Assembly (NCBI GenBank): GCA_963749155.1
Contig: CAVVLO010000005.1
Location: 384,001-448,000, forward strand
From: an uncultured Armatimonadia bacterium
Lineage (GTDB): Bacteria > Armatimonadota > Zipacnadia > CAVVLO01
Direction: 5' to 3'
Length of the DNA: 64,000 bases
In this document: in pieces, positions 48,039 through 58,611 of the stretch
Position numbering within the stretch: position 1 is the first letter of the stretch
Layout of the letters: every line of letters starts with the position of its first letter
Made by a program: the position numbers and the translations under genes
Notes under the pieces: generated by a model
Seen by the model: only the letters and a program-made list of their open reading frames with translations
Told to the model about the DNA's origin: nothing
Databases searched by the model: none

Positions 48039-49559
48039 ATGTCAGAGAAAGTCTGGATATTCGACACGACTCTGCGCGACGGCGAGCAATCGCCGGGCGC
48101 GAGCATGAACCTCGATGAGAAACTCGAGCTTGCCCTGCTACTAGCCCGGCTCAAGGTGGATGTCATCGAGGCTGGTTTCCCCATCTCTTCGGAAGGGGAT
48201 TTCGAGGCCGTACAACTGGTCGCGCGCGAAGTAAAAGGGCCAGCTATCGCGGGTCTTTCCAGATGCCGCAAAGAAGATATCGAAGCGGTCTGGAACGCGG
48301 TCAAGTACGCCGAGAGGCCACTTATCCATACCTTCATCGCAACTTCGCCCATCCATATGGAGCGCAAGCTGAAGATGAGTCCGGATGAGGTGCTGGCCTC
48401 TGCTATCGAACATGTCAAGTTCGCTCGAAGCCTTTGCGAGACCGTTGAGTTCTCCGCTGAGGATGCCGGCAGGACTGATATCGACTTCCTGTGCAAGGTG
48501 GTCGAAGAGGTTATCAAGGCCGGCGCGAGCGTCGTCAATATACCCGACACGGTGGGCTACACGCTGCCCTGGGAGTTCGAGGCGCGCCTGCGCGCAGTTA
48601 TGGAGCGGGTGCCAAATGTGGGCGATGCAATAATCTCCGTCCACTGCCACAACGACCTGGGATTGGCGGTCGCCAACTCGCTCGGGGCCGTGCGCGCCGG
48701 AGCGCGTCAGGTCGAGTGCACCATCAACGGGCTTGGAGAGCGCGCGGGCAACTGCGCCCTCGAAGAGGTCGTTATGGCCATCAAGACCCGCCCGGATGCT
48801 TTTGCTACGGAGGTCCACACCGACATCGACACTTCGCAGATAATGAAGTGCAGCCGGATGGTCACCGAGATAACGGGCATCCAGGTGCAACCGAACAAAG
48901 CTATCGTAGGCGCCAATGCCTTCGCCCACGAGGCGGGCATCCACCAGCACGGGGTTATGGTGGAGAAACGCACCTACGAGATAATGGATGCCGAGGCCGT
49001 AGGGCTGACCGAGTCCAAACTGGTGCTCGGCAAGCATAGCGGCCGGCATGCCTTCCGCAAGAAGCTGATTGAGCTTGGCTTCGAGCTGGACCAGAAAGAG
49101 GAAGAGAAGGCCTTCCGGCGCTTCAAGCAACTCGCAGACGCCAAGAAGGACATCTACGATGAGGATATCGCCTCTATCGTAGCCGACGAGGTGCGGCAGG
49201 TGCCCGAGACCTTCACGCTGGACTATGTCACCGTGATTGCTGGCTCGCCCGTAAAGGCGACCGCGACGGTCAGCCTGATGAAGGGCGAGGAACGCATCGA
49301 CCACGCGGCGATTGGCGTGGGGCCGATAGATTCCATCTACAAGGCCATTTCTGATGTGGTGAAAGTCGAGCACACGCTGGTGGACTTCTCGGTGAAGTCT
49401 ATCTCCGGCGGTACCGATGCGCTGGGCGAGGTCACCGTCAAACTTGGCAAGGGCGACCGGATGTATCTGGGGCGCGGCTCCGAGATGGATATCCTCGTTT
49501 CGGCTGCCAAGGCCTATCTCAATGCGCTGAACAAGATGGTCTACGACGAGAAGAACTAA
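48039..49559 (+). CDS. leuA: 2-isopropylmalate synthase
   Basis: FDTTLRDGEQSPG, HCHNDLG, GERAGN, GKHSGR, C-terminal regulatory domain. Confidence 0.95.
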   Translation: MSEKVWIFDTTLRDGEQSPGASMNLDEKLELALLLARLKVDVIEAGFPISSEGDFEAVQLVAREVKGPAIAGLSRCRKEDIEAVWNAVKYAERPLIHTFIATSPIHMERKLKMSPDEVLASAIEHVKFARSLCETVEFSAEDAGRTDIDFLCKVVEEVIKAGASVVNIPDTVGYTLPWEFEARLRAVMERVPNVGDAIISVHCHNDLGLAVANSLGAVRAGARQVECTINGLGERAGNCALEEVVMAIKTRPDAFATEVHTDIDTSQIMKCSRMVTEITGIQVQPNKAIVGANAFAHEAGIHQHGVMVEKRTYEIMDAEAVGLTESKLVLGKHSGRHAFRKKLIELGFELDQKEEEKAFRRFKQLADAKKDIYDEDIASIVADEVRQVPETFTLDYVTVIAGSPVKATATVSLMKGEERIDHAAIGVGPIDSIYKAISDVVKVEHTLVDFSVKSISGGTDALGEVTVKLGKGDRMYLGRGSEMDILVSAAKAYLNALNKMVYDEKN

Positions 49560-49583
49560 CAATCTTCGCGCTGCGCGAACAGC

Positions 49584-49620
49584 AACCGGGTCTTCCGCAA
49601 GGGAGGCCCGGTTTTTATTT
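49584..49620 (+). terminator. Intrinsic terminator after leuA
   Basis: AACCGGGTCTTCC-GCAA-GGGAGGCCCGGTT-TTTATTT. Confidence 0.8.
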
Positions 49621-49667
49621 GGCAAGTGGGTTTCGCAAGACTGGCCGGTCTGCTAATCTGCCCCTCT

Positions 49668-50864
49668 ATGAAGCTACCCGAACTTGGCTGGAACAGGCCT
49701 CTCAAACTTATGGCTGCTGCCACCGTCTTCTTCTCGCTGGGGATGGGCTTGCAGATTGCCATTTTTTTCAACTTCCTCAACTGGCACAACATCGATCCAG
49801 GTCAGCTTGGCTTGCTGGAATCTCTGCGCGAGACCCCGGGCTTTTTTTCCGCGGCCCTGACCGCGCTGGTCGCCTGGCTGCCCGAGCCAATCGCCGCAGG
49901 GCTTTCGGTGCTTGTTATGGCGCTTGGCTACTATGGTTATCACTTTGTCACCAGCTATTCAGGCATCGTGGTGATGTCGGTACTCTGGAGCACTGGCTTG
50001 CATCTCTGGATGCCCCTCTCTCAGGCCATAATTATGGACTCGTCCGAAAAGGGCAAAGAGGGCGCCCGGATGGGCGAGCTTGGCGCCGTTGCTGCCATTG
50101 CTTCCCTCTTCGGGATGGCTTTTGCCGCCTTTATGGGGAAGGGCGTCGAGAGGCCGGACTACCTCTTGCTGTTCACGATATCCGCAATTTTGGTGGGTTT
50201 ATCGTCGGTCTTCCTCTTCCAGATACGTCTGAAGAAGCATCTGGACAGGCCCAAAGTGGCGTGGAGCTTCGACAAGAAGCTCTCACTTTACTACTGGATG
50301 TCCCTTCTGCAAGGGGCGCGCAAGCAAGTTTTCATCACTTTTGCGGTCTATGTGCTGGTCAAAGAATACGAACAGCCGATGTCTACTATCGCCCTGCTGA
50401 TGGTAGTCAATACTTTTGTGACTATGCTGGCTCAGCCAGTGATAGGCCGACTGATAGACAGGATAGGCGAACGGAGCTCGCTAATTATAAGCTTCGGCTC
50501 GCTGATACCAGTCTTCATTGGCTACGCGTATTCGCCCAATGTGTATGTGCTGTATGCCCTCTTTATCCTGGACAATGCGCTGTACCCGCTTTCTAACGCG
50601 CTGCATACCTATGTCAAACGCGAGCATCCTGACGCAGATCTGAAGACCACTTATGCGATGGGCGTGACGATGAACCACGCCGCCGCGGTTACCGTGCCAC
50701 TGGTCGGCGGGCTTATCTGGGCTCAATATGGTTACCGATTGCCCTTCCTCTTCGGCGCGCTGCTCTCGCTCGTTGCGGTCTTTGTGGCAATGAAATTGCG
50801 CATCACCTGGCAGGACGCCGCCCGGAAGGCCGAAGTCGCGCCTGAGGAAGTCCGCCTGCCATGA
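49668..50864 (+). CDS. MFS transporter
   Basis: About 12 TM segments, GRLIDRIGER loop motif; start uncertain (49626 or 49668). Confidence 0.85.
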   Translation: MKLPELGWNRPLKLMAAATVFFSLGMGLQIAIFFNFLNWHNIDPGQLGLLESLRETPGFFSAALTALVAWLPEPIAAGLSVLVMALGYYGYHFVTSYSGIVVMSVLWSTGLHLWMPLSQAIIMDSSEKGKEGARMGELGAVAAIASLFGMAFAAFMGKGVERPDYLLLFTISAILVGLSSVFLFQIRLKKHLDRPKVAWSFDKKLSLYYWMSLLQGARKQVFITFAVYVLVKEYEQPMSTIALLMVVNTFVTMLAQPVIGRLIDRIGERSSLIISFGSLIPVFIGYAYSPNVYVLYALFILDNALYPLSNALHTYVKREHPDADLKTTYAMGVTMNHAAAVTVPLVGGLIWAQYGYRLPFLFGALLSLVAVFVAMKLRITWQDAARKAEVAPEEVRLP

Positions 50865-51844
50865 TTTCGGGCCTCAAAGTACTTGGCTATCGGGATGCCA
50901 GAGGGCTTGCGGGCTTTTGGGCGGAAGAACCCGGTGCCGAGTTTGAGGCGCTGGTGCGGGGAAGGGCGCTCTCGGCCCTCTTGAGCGCCGCCCTGGTTGA
51001 TGTGGGAGTCGAATTGCCCCCCGCTAGCGCAAGCCAGCTCCTGCGAGAATATGGCGAACTCGAAGCCATCTACCACGGGCTTTCCCGCTACGCCGACCGG
51101 ATGGCCGCCGGCCTTGCGTATCTCTCCGACTGGGCCTGCTGGAAGGGCGTAGAACACGTCTGGCTGGGTGGAGGAGCGCTTGAACCCCCAGTTGGAGAAA
51201 GCCTCTTGCCCCTCCTTGCCACCTCTTTGGAGCGATGGGGATGCCCTCTTTCAGTTGCCCTTCTGCCCGCCCATCCGGAGGAGAGCGCTCTGCTGGGCGC
51301 CCCGCTGTTTGGCGACTGGGAGGCGGCTCCGATTGGCGCGGCTTTCCCAGTGGTAGACCTCGGGGGAACAAATCTGAGATGGGGACTCCATCTCAAGACT
51401 GCTCCTATATGCGAGGACAAGCCTTTTGCGTCCATCGAAGCCAGTGGCAAGCAGCCTCATCACGCCGAAGAAGATGGCAACCGAGACCGGCTGATCAGCC
51501 TTATTGCGCGCCGGATGGCCGAACTCGTGGATGAAGCGACTTTGCGCGAGGCTCCCCTGGCTGGTTTCTGCCTCACAACGCCAGGGACGCTGGACGCCAG
51601 CGGGGCGGTAATCGATGGGGCAAGAGCCCTTCCCGAATGGCGTTATCCGCCCTTCCACTTGAAAGAAGCACTGGAATGGGAGCTTGGAGAGGTTTTGAGG
51701 GAAGAACCGCTCCCTCCCATCACCATCGTGCCGGATTCGGTCGCTCACGCGCTCTCAGCAGTGCCTTTTTCTGGGGCGTACGAAAAATGGGGAGCCCTCC
51801 TTATTGGCTCGGGCCTGGGCAACTGCGTGCTGGCGCGAACCTGA
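50861..51844 (+). CDS. ROK-family protein with permuted motif order
   Basis: VWLGGG and ALLGA precede VDLGGTN, TTPG, PDSVAHAL and GSGLGN. Confidence 0.7.
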   Translation: MISGLKVLGYRDARGLAGFWAEEPGAEFEALVRGRALSALLSAALVDVGVELPPASASQLLREYGELEAIYHGLSRYADRMAAGLAYLSDWACWKGVEHVWLGGGALEPPVGESLLPLLATSLERWGCPLSVALLPAHPEESALLGAPLFGDWEAAPIGAAFPVVDLGGTNLRWGLHLKTAPICEDKPFASIEASGKQPHHAEEDGNRDRLISLIARRMAELVDEATLREAPLAGFCLTTPGTLDASGAVIDGARALPEWRYPPFHLKEALEWELGEVLREEPLPPITIVPDSVAHALSAVPFSGAYEKWGALLIGSGLGNCVLART

Positions 51845-51917
51845 GGACTCCCCATCTCACTTGCTTCTTCGAACCTACTCCGGAAGCGCGATAGGCCCCA
51901 TCGTAAGCGCGGCCATC
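51843..51917. repeat. 75-bp direct repeat, copy 1
   Basis: GAGGACTCCCCATCTCACTTGCTTCTTCGAACCTACTCCGGAAGCGCGATAGGCCCCATCGTAAGCGCGGCCATC, identical to 53387-53461. Confidence 0.95.
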
Positions 51918-52013
51918 TCCCAATGTCCGGTCACCAGGCGCCGGAGCAAGCTTTGTCCACGCCGGGTCCCGTTGGCGATTGAACCATGACCGCGATAAAG
52001 AAGGGCCCCCTGA

Positions 52014-53306
52014 TCATTTGGCGAGTTTCAAAGTCGTGCGGATCGGCGCATATATGTTGTGGTCTTCTTTGTCGATCAAATTCATGAGGCCGGTCTTTCG
52101 GTCGTAGCCCCATAGAAGCGTCTCGGCCGGGCTAATTGACGCTAGGACAACCTGGCTGTCTGAAACCGATTTTACGCTGACCACGGTCAGCGTGATCGGA
52201 TCTGAATCAAGCTTCTGGCCTTTGGTCAGGGTCGTGAGCACAGAAGGCGGTATGTAGACTCCTCCGAACTGGCCCAATCCGCTGATCGTCTCGCTCGGTG
52301 ACAACTGCGGAGGCATACCAATCGGATTAGTCGTCGTCAGGACCACCGCATAGCGAACCCAGCCGTTCCCATTGCCTTGCGGCTTGATTTTAAGCTCTTG
52401 ACCGAGCTGGAGTGGAGCGCCGCCGGCAGTCGGCACGAGCGTCGTTCCAAGGTATCTCAGCGGTTCGGGATTCGATGACCATTCGGTTACGTTCTTGCCA
52501 AGCCAGGGATACTTAACCAGCCGTTGCGAGAGGAGGTTGCCCGAAGCCAGCGTTGTACTGGGCGTGTTGCTCACTTCATCTCGACCAATGACGGGCGACT
52601 CCTTGCCCTCGGCGGAGACGGCATCGTGCAGAAGCACGCCGGTCTTTTCGTCGTAGACATACATCATATTGCCCTTGTCGCTGAGCGACTGGATCCAAAC
52701 GGCATCGTGCGTCACGCCGTTATAGGTGTAGGGCATGCGGAGCACCTTGAGGCTGTCGGTCACAGTGTTCTTGGCTTTCTTCAGTTCGGCCGGGTTCACC
52801 CAAAATCCGCCGGCGTTGGCCGCGTATCCAATGACCGGATAAGAAAACGACAGCTTTGGCGCTTCGCCCGGGTTGCTGATGAGATAGAAAGAAACGTAGA
52901 GAGCGCAGACGCCATCCGCTAGCGCCGTCACATCAATCTGCAGGTAGCCTTCGGCTGCGTTCGAACCCTTTTCACCTGGAGACCAGCGCCTGCCGTCTTC
53001 AGTTTGCCAGGCGCCGTTCTCGTCTTCCTTCCAGTTCTCGCCGGTTCCGATAATCGTCGCGGTCTGTACTTTGTAAGTCAGACGCAAGCCAGGTATGGCC
53101 CAAGACGGGGCTGTTCCGTTACCCAATCCAGGCAACGCCAGAATCGCTGGCCCCTGGTCACCGACGAGTCCAACCGGCACAGCTTCCGGCTCTTCGCCAG
53201 ATTGACCGGAGCCATCGGCGTTGGCCAGGAAAGACGCGATAATAACGGCGCCAATTACGACTCCAGCAAGAAGCAATCCTGTGTACCAGACAGGTTTTCC
53301 AGGCAT
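52014..53306 (-). CDS. Membrane-anchored or secreted hypothetical protein (430 aa)
   Basis: GGGAG RBS; N-terminal hydrophobic anchor; Ser/Thr/Gly-rich; no motif I recognise. Confidence 0.8.
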   Translation of the reverse strand: MPGKPVWYTGLLLAGVVIGAVIIASFLANADGSGQSGEEPEAVPVGLVGDQGPAILALPGLGNGTAPSWAIPGLRLTYKVQTATIIGTGENWKEDENGAWQTEDGRRWSPGEKGSNAAEGYLQIDVTALADGVCALYVSFYLISNPGEAPKLSFSYPVIGYAANAGGFWVNPAELKKAKNTVTDSLKVLRMPYTYNGVTHDAVWIQSLSDKGNMMYVYDEKTGVLLHDAVSAEGKESPVIGRDEVSNTPSTTLASGNLLSQRLVKYPWLGKNVTEWSSNPEPLRYLGTTLVPTAGGAPLQLGQELKIKPQGNGNGWVRYAVVLTTTNPIGMPPQLSPSETISGLGQFGGVYIPPSVLTTLTKGQKLDSDPITLTVVSVKSVSDSQVVLASISPAETLLWGYDRKTGLMNLIDKEDHNIYAPIRTTLKLAK

Positions 53307-53386
53307 GACTGTCCTCCCTTTGTATCCTGAAAACTAGCTCCAGCAATCTGGGCGAGACAACCAACAGCTTATTGAGCCATTAGAAA

Positions 53387-53461
53387 GAGGACTCCCCATC
53401 TCACTTGCTTCTTCGAACCTACTCCGGAAGCGCGATAGGCCCCATCGTAAGCGCGGCCATC
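53387..53461. repeat. 75-bp direct repeat, copy 2 (contains the 3' end of the esterase gene)
   Basis: Identical to 51843-51917; encodes MAALTMGPIALPE-stop on the minus strand. Confidence 0.95.
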
Positions 53462-54898
53462 CCGGCTTCATCATGCAGGTTGCAAGCCGGATAGATGCCC
53501 CAGCCATACCACAGCGTCCAGTCGACAGGCGCCGGATCCTGTGTATAGAGCAATACGCAGTTCGGGCGTTCGGGATCGACAAGGGCCTTATATATGGCGT
53601 TGGCATTGGAGCCATCGGCCATCCGCAGGCTGAAGCCCCAGATGCGCGTCTCGGGCAGCAGTTTGCCATTTACCTCATCGAACACCACACGAAGGCCGCC
53701 GGGGAAGCGTTCCACCCCTGCCAGCCTTGGCCCGCGCTTGGCCTTGCCCGCCGCGTACTGGGCGAACCGTAGCCCAAGCTGCTTATGGCCTGCCGTGCCA
53801 ACGTGGATGAGATCATCCAGCGCCAGGTCGTTGGAGGCCACCACAAAAGTATTGGGCAATTCGGTTTCCAGCGTGCGCTCATCGTCTTGCACGGCGTTCC
53901 AGATACTTGCGCAGGTTGGGATCTTCCGGTACGGCGAAGGGGCCTATCTGCACCCAGTAGAAGGGTAGATTGGGATTGCCCACATCGGTCCGGATGCTCT
54001 CGATGAGCCGCGCGAACTTGGCCTTGTAAACCGGCTGGGCGTCCCCATTGGCGTCTGATTCGCCCTGGTACCAGAGCGCGCCAGCAACCTTGCCGCCGAC
54101 GGCCTGGAGGGCTTTCGACATCGAACCATAAAGCGAATTGCCGCCCTGGTCCTTCAGGTCGGGGCTCCACTGGTCCATCGAGGTGCCCCCATGCCCGGTC
54201 GGCACGAGGCCGATAGGCACTCCAGTGAACTCTACCATCCGCTTGGCAAAGGGGATGCCCAGTCCCGCGCCCTTTGCCAGCGTCGCGGCCAGCTTGTCGG
54301 CCTCTTCCTTGGTGGGTTGCTTGTGCCCCTCGCCCCAGGGCCCAGTATGAACTGGGTCGGGCGACTCCCAAAGGCGATGGATAGGCTCGCGCCCCTCATC
54401 CCAGAGGTAGCGCAACCGATAGACGTTCACGAGGGGAGAGGGCTCTTCCTGGCTGCCATCGAGGTTGCCGACGCCCTCCATATTCGATTGACCCGCCAGC
54501 AGCCACAGGTCGCCGACTAGCACGTGTTCGAAGGTGACCGAGGCTTTCGGTGTTTCATCCGGATTGGTCACCGCAAGCCTGATGGTATAAGGCCCGCCGA
54601 CTGGGACGCCCTGGAGAGTAGCTTTCAAGGCGCCCTGCTCGCACACGCCGACTTCAACTGGACACAGACCCTCGACAGGCTTGCCGCCGGCTTCCACACG
54701 CGCCCAAACGGCGCCGTCAGCGCCGCAAGTGCCGGCGACTTCAATTGTGGCTGTGTTGTCTGTCCCTCTCTGGAAAACTTGGTAATCTGCGATTCCCTGT
54801 TCGATTGTCAGCAGAGGCTGGCTTCCCGCATCACTCAAGACGATTCCCCCAAAGGTAAACACTAGTGCAACGTACAGTAATATGGTTGCTGGTTTCAT
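53419..54898 (-). CDS. Sialate O-acetylesterase-like SGNH esterase (SASA/DUF303); frameshift near 53895
   Basis: Signal peptide, VGDLWLLAGQSNM, LWYQGESD, DLIH. Confidence 0.85.
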
Positions 54899-55003
54899 CC
54901 GCTTGTTCTACTCCCTCCGCGCCAGGCGCGCAAGTTCCGACCGCGAGGAGATTCCCCGGCAAAAGGCCACTCCCTGCCGATGTAAAGAGACTTCATAAAC
55001 TTG

Positions 55004-55032
55004 TTGACAAAGACTTTCCTAGCGCGTATATT
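55004..55032 (+). promoter_or_regulatory. Sigma70-type promoter of guaA-hpt-rho
   Basis: TTGACA-N17-TATATT. Confidence 0.75.
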
Positions 55033-55101
55033 GCGAAAAACAGGAGCCATCCTTCACCTCAATCTCATCTTCCCGAAGGGCCGAAGCAGGAAGCAGAACT
55101 T

Positions 55102-56650
55102 ATGAATCCCACCACCGGGTCACGAGAAACTGTCCTCGTACTTGATTTTGGCGCGCAGTATAATCAGTTGATCACCCGTAAAATTCGTGAACTCAAGGTC
55201 TATTCCGAGCTTGTGCCGGGCGATATGTCGGCAAGCGAGATTGCCGCGCTTGGCCCCAAAGGCCTTATCCTGAGCGGTGGTCCCGCCAGTGTCTATGATG
55301 AAGGCGCGCCTCGGTGCGATCCGGCGATTTTCGACCTGGGTATCCCCATCCTGGGCATCTGTTATGGAATGCAACTGACGGCTTTTATGCTTGGCGGGAA
55401 GGTGTCACACGGCGCTCAGCGCGAATATGGCCCCGCCCTCGCTCAGGTCGTAAGCCAGGACTTGCTCTTCGAGGACTTCCCTCAGCAATTCAACTGCTGG
55501 ATGAGTCATGGCGACCTGGTAGAGCAGGCTCCGAAAGACTTCAAGATACTGGCCAAGACTGCTTCGACTCCAATTGCCGCGATGGGTAACGCCTCCCGGC
55601 AGCTTTACGGGGTGCAGTTCCATCCCGAGGTTGTTCACACGCCCCTCGGGCTTGAGGTGCTCCGGCATTTCCTCGAAGACGCCTGCAAGCTGCGCGCGCG
55701 ACTGGACGGCGGAGCATTTCGTCGAGCTGGCTGTCAGGCGCATCCGCGAGCAGGTGGGCGAGGGCCGGGTGCTGACCGCCGTTAGCGGCGGCGTGGACAG
55801 TCTGGTGACCGCCGCTTTGATTGATAAAGCCGTCGGTGAGCGCCAGACCTGTGTTTTCGTTGATCACGGCTTGCTGCGTAAAAACGAAGGCGACCAGGTG
55901 GAGCGCGTCTTCCACGAGCATTTTCGTAGCGAGCTAATCCGCGTTGATGCAGTTTATCGCTTCCTTACCAAGCTGGCTGGCGTCATCGAGCCTGAGCGCA
56001 AACGGCTCATAATTGGCGAAGAGTTCATCCGCGTCTTCGAAGAAGAAGCCACTAAACTCGGTCATTTCGATTTTCTTGGCCAGGGCACCATCTACCCCGA
56101 TGTTATCGAGTCGGGCGGAGGTAAAGCCGAGATCATCAAGAGCCACCACAATGTCGGCGGCCTGCCCGAAGATATGCAATTCTCGCTCTGCGAGCCACTG
56201 CGCGAGCTGTTCAAGGACGAAGTGCGGCGCGTAGGCGAGACCGCCGGACTGCCCTCTGACATGATTTGGCGCCATCCCTTCCCAGGGCCGGGGCTTGCTA
56301 TCCGCATCATCGGCGAGGTCACTGAAGAGCGTCTGAGTATCCTGCGCGAAGCGGACGCCATTATTGTCGGCGAGATAAAGCAGGCGGGGCTTTACAGGCA
56401 GCTTTGGCAGGTTTTCGGCGTGCTGCCAGCCATCCAGAGTGTCGGCGTTATGGGCGATGCCCGCACTTATGCCTATCCCATCGTCTTGCGCGCAGTCGAG
56501 AGCCAGGACGCGATGACTGCCGACTTTGCCAAGCTCCCCTGGGAGCTGATTACGCGCATAAGCTCGCGTATTGTAAATGAAGTGGCGGGTGTGAATCGGG
56601 TCGTCTACGATGTGACCCCCAAGCCTCCCGCGACCATCGAGTGGGAGTAG
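55102..56650 (+). CDS. guaA: GMP synthase (glutamine-hydrolysing); frameshift near 55695
   Basis: [44 protein letters not shown]. Confidence 0.97.
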
Positions 56651-56652
56651 CG

Positions 56653-57207
56653 ATGGGTCAGTTGCCTGCCGAACTCGCGCGCGTTATCCTTACCGAAGAG
56701 GAGCTTCAGGTCATCGTCGCGAGACTGGCAAAAGAACTTGCCAGAGACTACGGTGACAAGTCTCCGGTGTTTGTGGTAACCTTAAAGGGAGCTTTCATAT
56801 TCGCGGCGGACCTCACCAGACAACTCGACTTTCCCTACACTCTGGAATTTGTTCGGACAAGTTCGTATAGTGGCGCTCACTCCACGGGTAAAGTAAAGCT
56901 GGAATATGCCGATAACCTGAAAGACCGGCTGAAAGGCAGGCATGTCGTAATTATCGAGGATATATTAGACACGGGCATCACGCTGCAGGCGCTTCTGGCG
57001 GCACTGGCCCAATTCGAAACTGCTTCGCTTGAAGTCTGCACTTTGCTCACCAAACCCTCTCGCCTGCAGGTACCCATACAACCCCGGTATACAGGGCAAG
57101 AGATGCCAGACGAATTTCTGGTGGGCTACGGTCTCGACTGGAACGAGCAGTTTCGGTGTCTTCCATATATTGCATCAGTTAACCCCAGGGCAGTCTCACA
57201 GGATTAG
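56653..57207 (+). CDS. hpt: Hypoxanthine phosphoribosyltransferase
   Basis: LKGAFIFAADL, IEDILDTG, FLVGYGLD. Confidence 0.95.
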   Translation: MGQLPAELARVILTEEELQVIVARLAKELARDYGDKSPVFVVTLKGAFIFAADLTRQLDFPYTLEFVRTSSYSGAHSTGKVKLEYADNLKDRLKGRHVVIIEDILDTGITLQALLAALAQFETASLEVCTLLTKPSRLQVPIQPRYTGQEMPDEFLVGYGLDWNEQFRCLPYIASVNPRAVSQD

Positions 57208-57219
57208 GGAGGAGCCAAC

Positions 57220-58548
57220 TTGGCAAAGCAGCAGGGACCCAAAGGCAAAGCGTTCGATTTGTCCGCACTCGAGAGTATGAACCTCGAGCAGCTTTATGAA
57301 GTAGCCCGAGACATTGGTATTACGGGTTACACCAAGCTGCGGAAATCGGAGCTTATTTTCGCCATTATCCAGACGCAGACCGAGAAGAAAGGCCTTATGT
57401 TCCGCGAGGGCCTGCTCGATGTGCTGCAAGGCGACCAGCCAGGCGAGAAGTATGGCTTGCTGCGCGTGCGCGGTTTCGTTCCCAGCGATGAGGACGTCTG
57501 GGTGGCGGACACCCAGATTCGCAAATTCAAGCTGAAGAACGGCGACCTGGTCTCGGGTCAGGTACGCGCCCCCAAAGACAGCGAGCGTTTCTTCGCGCTG
57601 CTGCGCATCGAAGCCATCAACGGCGATGATCCGGAGGTGGCCCGTACCAGGCCTGCCTTCGAAGACCTGACCCCGGTTTATCCCAACCAGCGACTCAAGC
57701 TCGAGACTGGCCCAAGCAAGATATCGCCGCGCCTGATTGACCTGGTAGCGCCAATCGGCCTCGGCCAGCGCGGGATGATAGTCGCGCCGCCCAAAGCAGG
57801 CAAGACGACCCTTCTCAAGACCATAGCCAACAGCATCACGGAAAATTACCCCGATGCTCATATGATGGTCTTGCTGATAGACGAGCGGCCCGAGGAAGTC
57901 ACCGACATCCGGCGTTCTGTGCGCGCCGAAGTTATCGCCAGCACCTTCGATGAACTGCCTGAAAACCACCTGCGCGTGGCCGATCTGGTGCTCAACCGCG
58001 CCCAGCGCCTGGTGGAGCAGGGCAAGGACGTCGTCGTGCTGCTGGACTCCATCACCCGGCTTTCGCGCGCAAGCAACATCACCGTCAATCCAAGCGGCCG
58101 CACGCTTTCCGGTGGTCTTGATCCCTCGGCTATGTACCGGCCCAAGCGTTTCTTCGGCGCCGCCCGCAACATCGAAGAAGGCGGCAGTCTTACCGTGCTT
58201 GCCACCGCGCTCGTTGATACAGGCAGCCGTATGGACGATATGATTTTCGAGGAATTCAAAGGCACCGGCAACTGGGAGCTTGTCCTCGACCGAAGCCTCG
58301 CCGAGAAGCGTATCTTCCCTGCCATTGATATCCGCCTGTCAGGTACTCGCCACGAAGAGTTGCTGCTTTCGCCAGACGAGCTGAAGGCCGTCTGGGCTTT
58401 GCGCCGCGCCATCAGCCACGCCAGCGCCGAAGAGGCCATAAAGCGCGTGCTTGATATGCTGCGCCAGAGCAAGAACAACGTAGATTTCCTCGACGGCATC
58501 CTTTCCAGCCTGCGCAAGCGGGGCGTAGATGTCGAAACTGAAAATTAA
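57220..58548 (+). CDS. rho: Transcription termination factor Rho
   Basis: PPKAGKT, LIDERPEEVTD, DSITRL, EEFKGTGN; GGAGGAG RBS with TTG start. Confidence 0.98.
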   Translation: MAKQQGPKGKAFDLSALESMNLEQLYEVARDIGITGYTKLRKSELIFAIIQTQTEKKGLMFREGLLDVLQGDQPGEKYGLLRVRGFVPSDEDVWVADTQIRKFKLKNGDLVSGQVRAPKDSERFFALLRIEAINGDDPEVARTRPAFEDLTPVYPNQRLKLETGPSKISPRLIDLVAPIGLGQRGMIVAPPKAGKTTLLKTIANSITENYPDAHMMVLLIDERPEEVTDIRRSVRAEVIASTFDELPENHLRVADLVLNRAQRLVEQGKDVVVLLDSITRLSRASNITVNPSGRTLSGGLDPSAMYRPKRFFGAARNIEEGGSLTVLATALVDTGSRMDDMIFEEFKGTGNWELVLDRSLAEKRIFPAIDIRLSGTRHEELLLSPDELKAVWALRRAISHASAEEAIKRVLDMLRQSKNNVDFLDGILSSLRKRGVDVETEN

Positions 58549-58611
58549 GTTCGCCAGTTCTGGCTAGTTTCAGGGCAGGGCGCTCTCCCAGGGGCGCCCT
58601 TCGCTGTTTGG

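Noticed and set aside
47369..49625. Long antisense ORFs (47369..48550, 48141..49625; likewise 16160..17323 and 18227..19687)
   Set aside because: Shadow frames of GC-rich genes on the opposite strand, with no family motifs.
55033..55101. Purine riboswitch upstream of guaA
   Set aside because: The leader is about 65 nt and lacks the conserved aptamer core and an expression platform.
56600..56660. Island integrated at the guaA 3' end (a known hotspot)
   Set aside because: hpt starts 2 nt after the stop codon; the site is empty.
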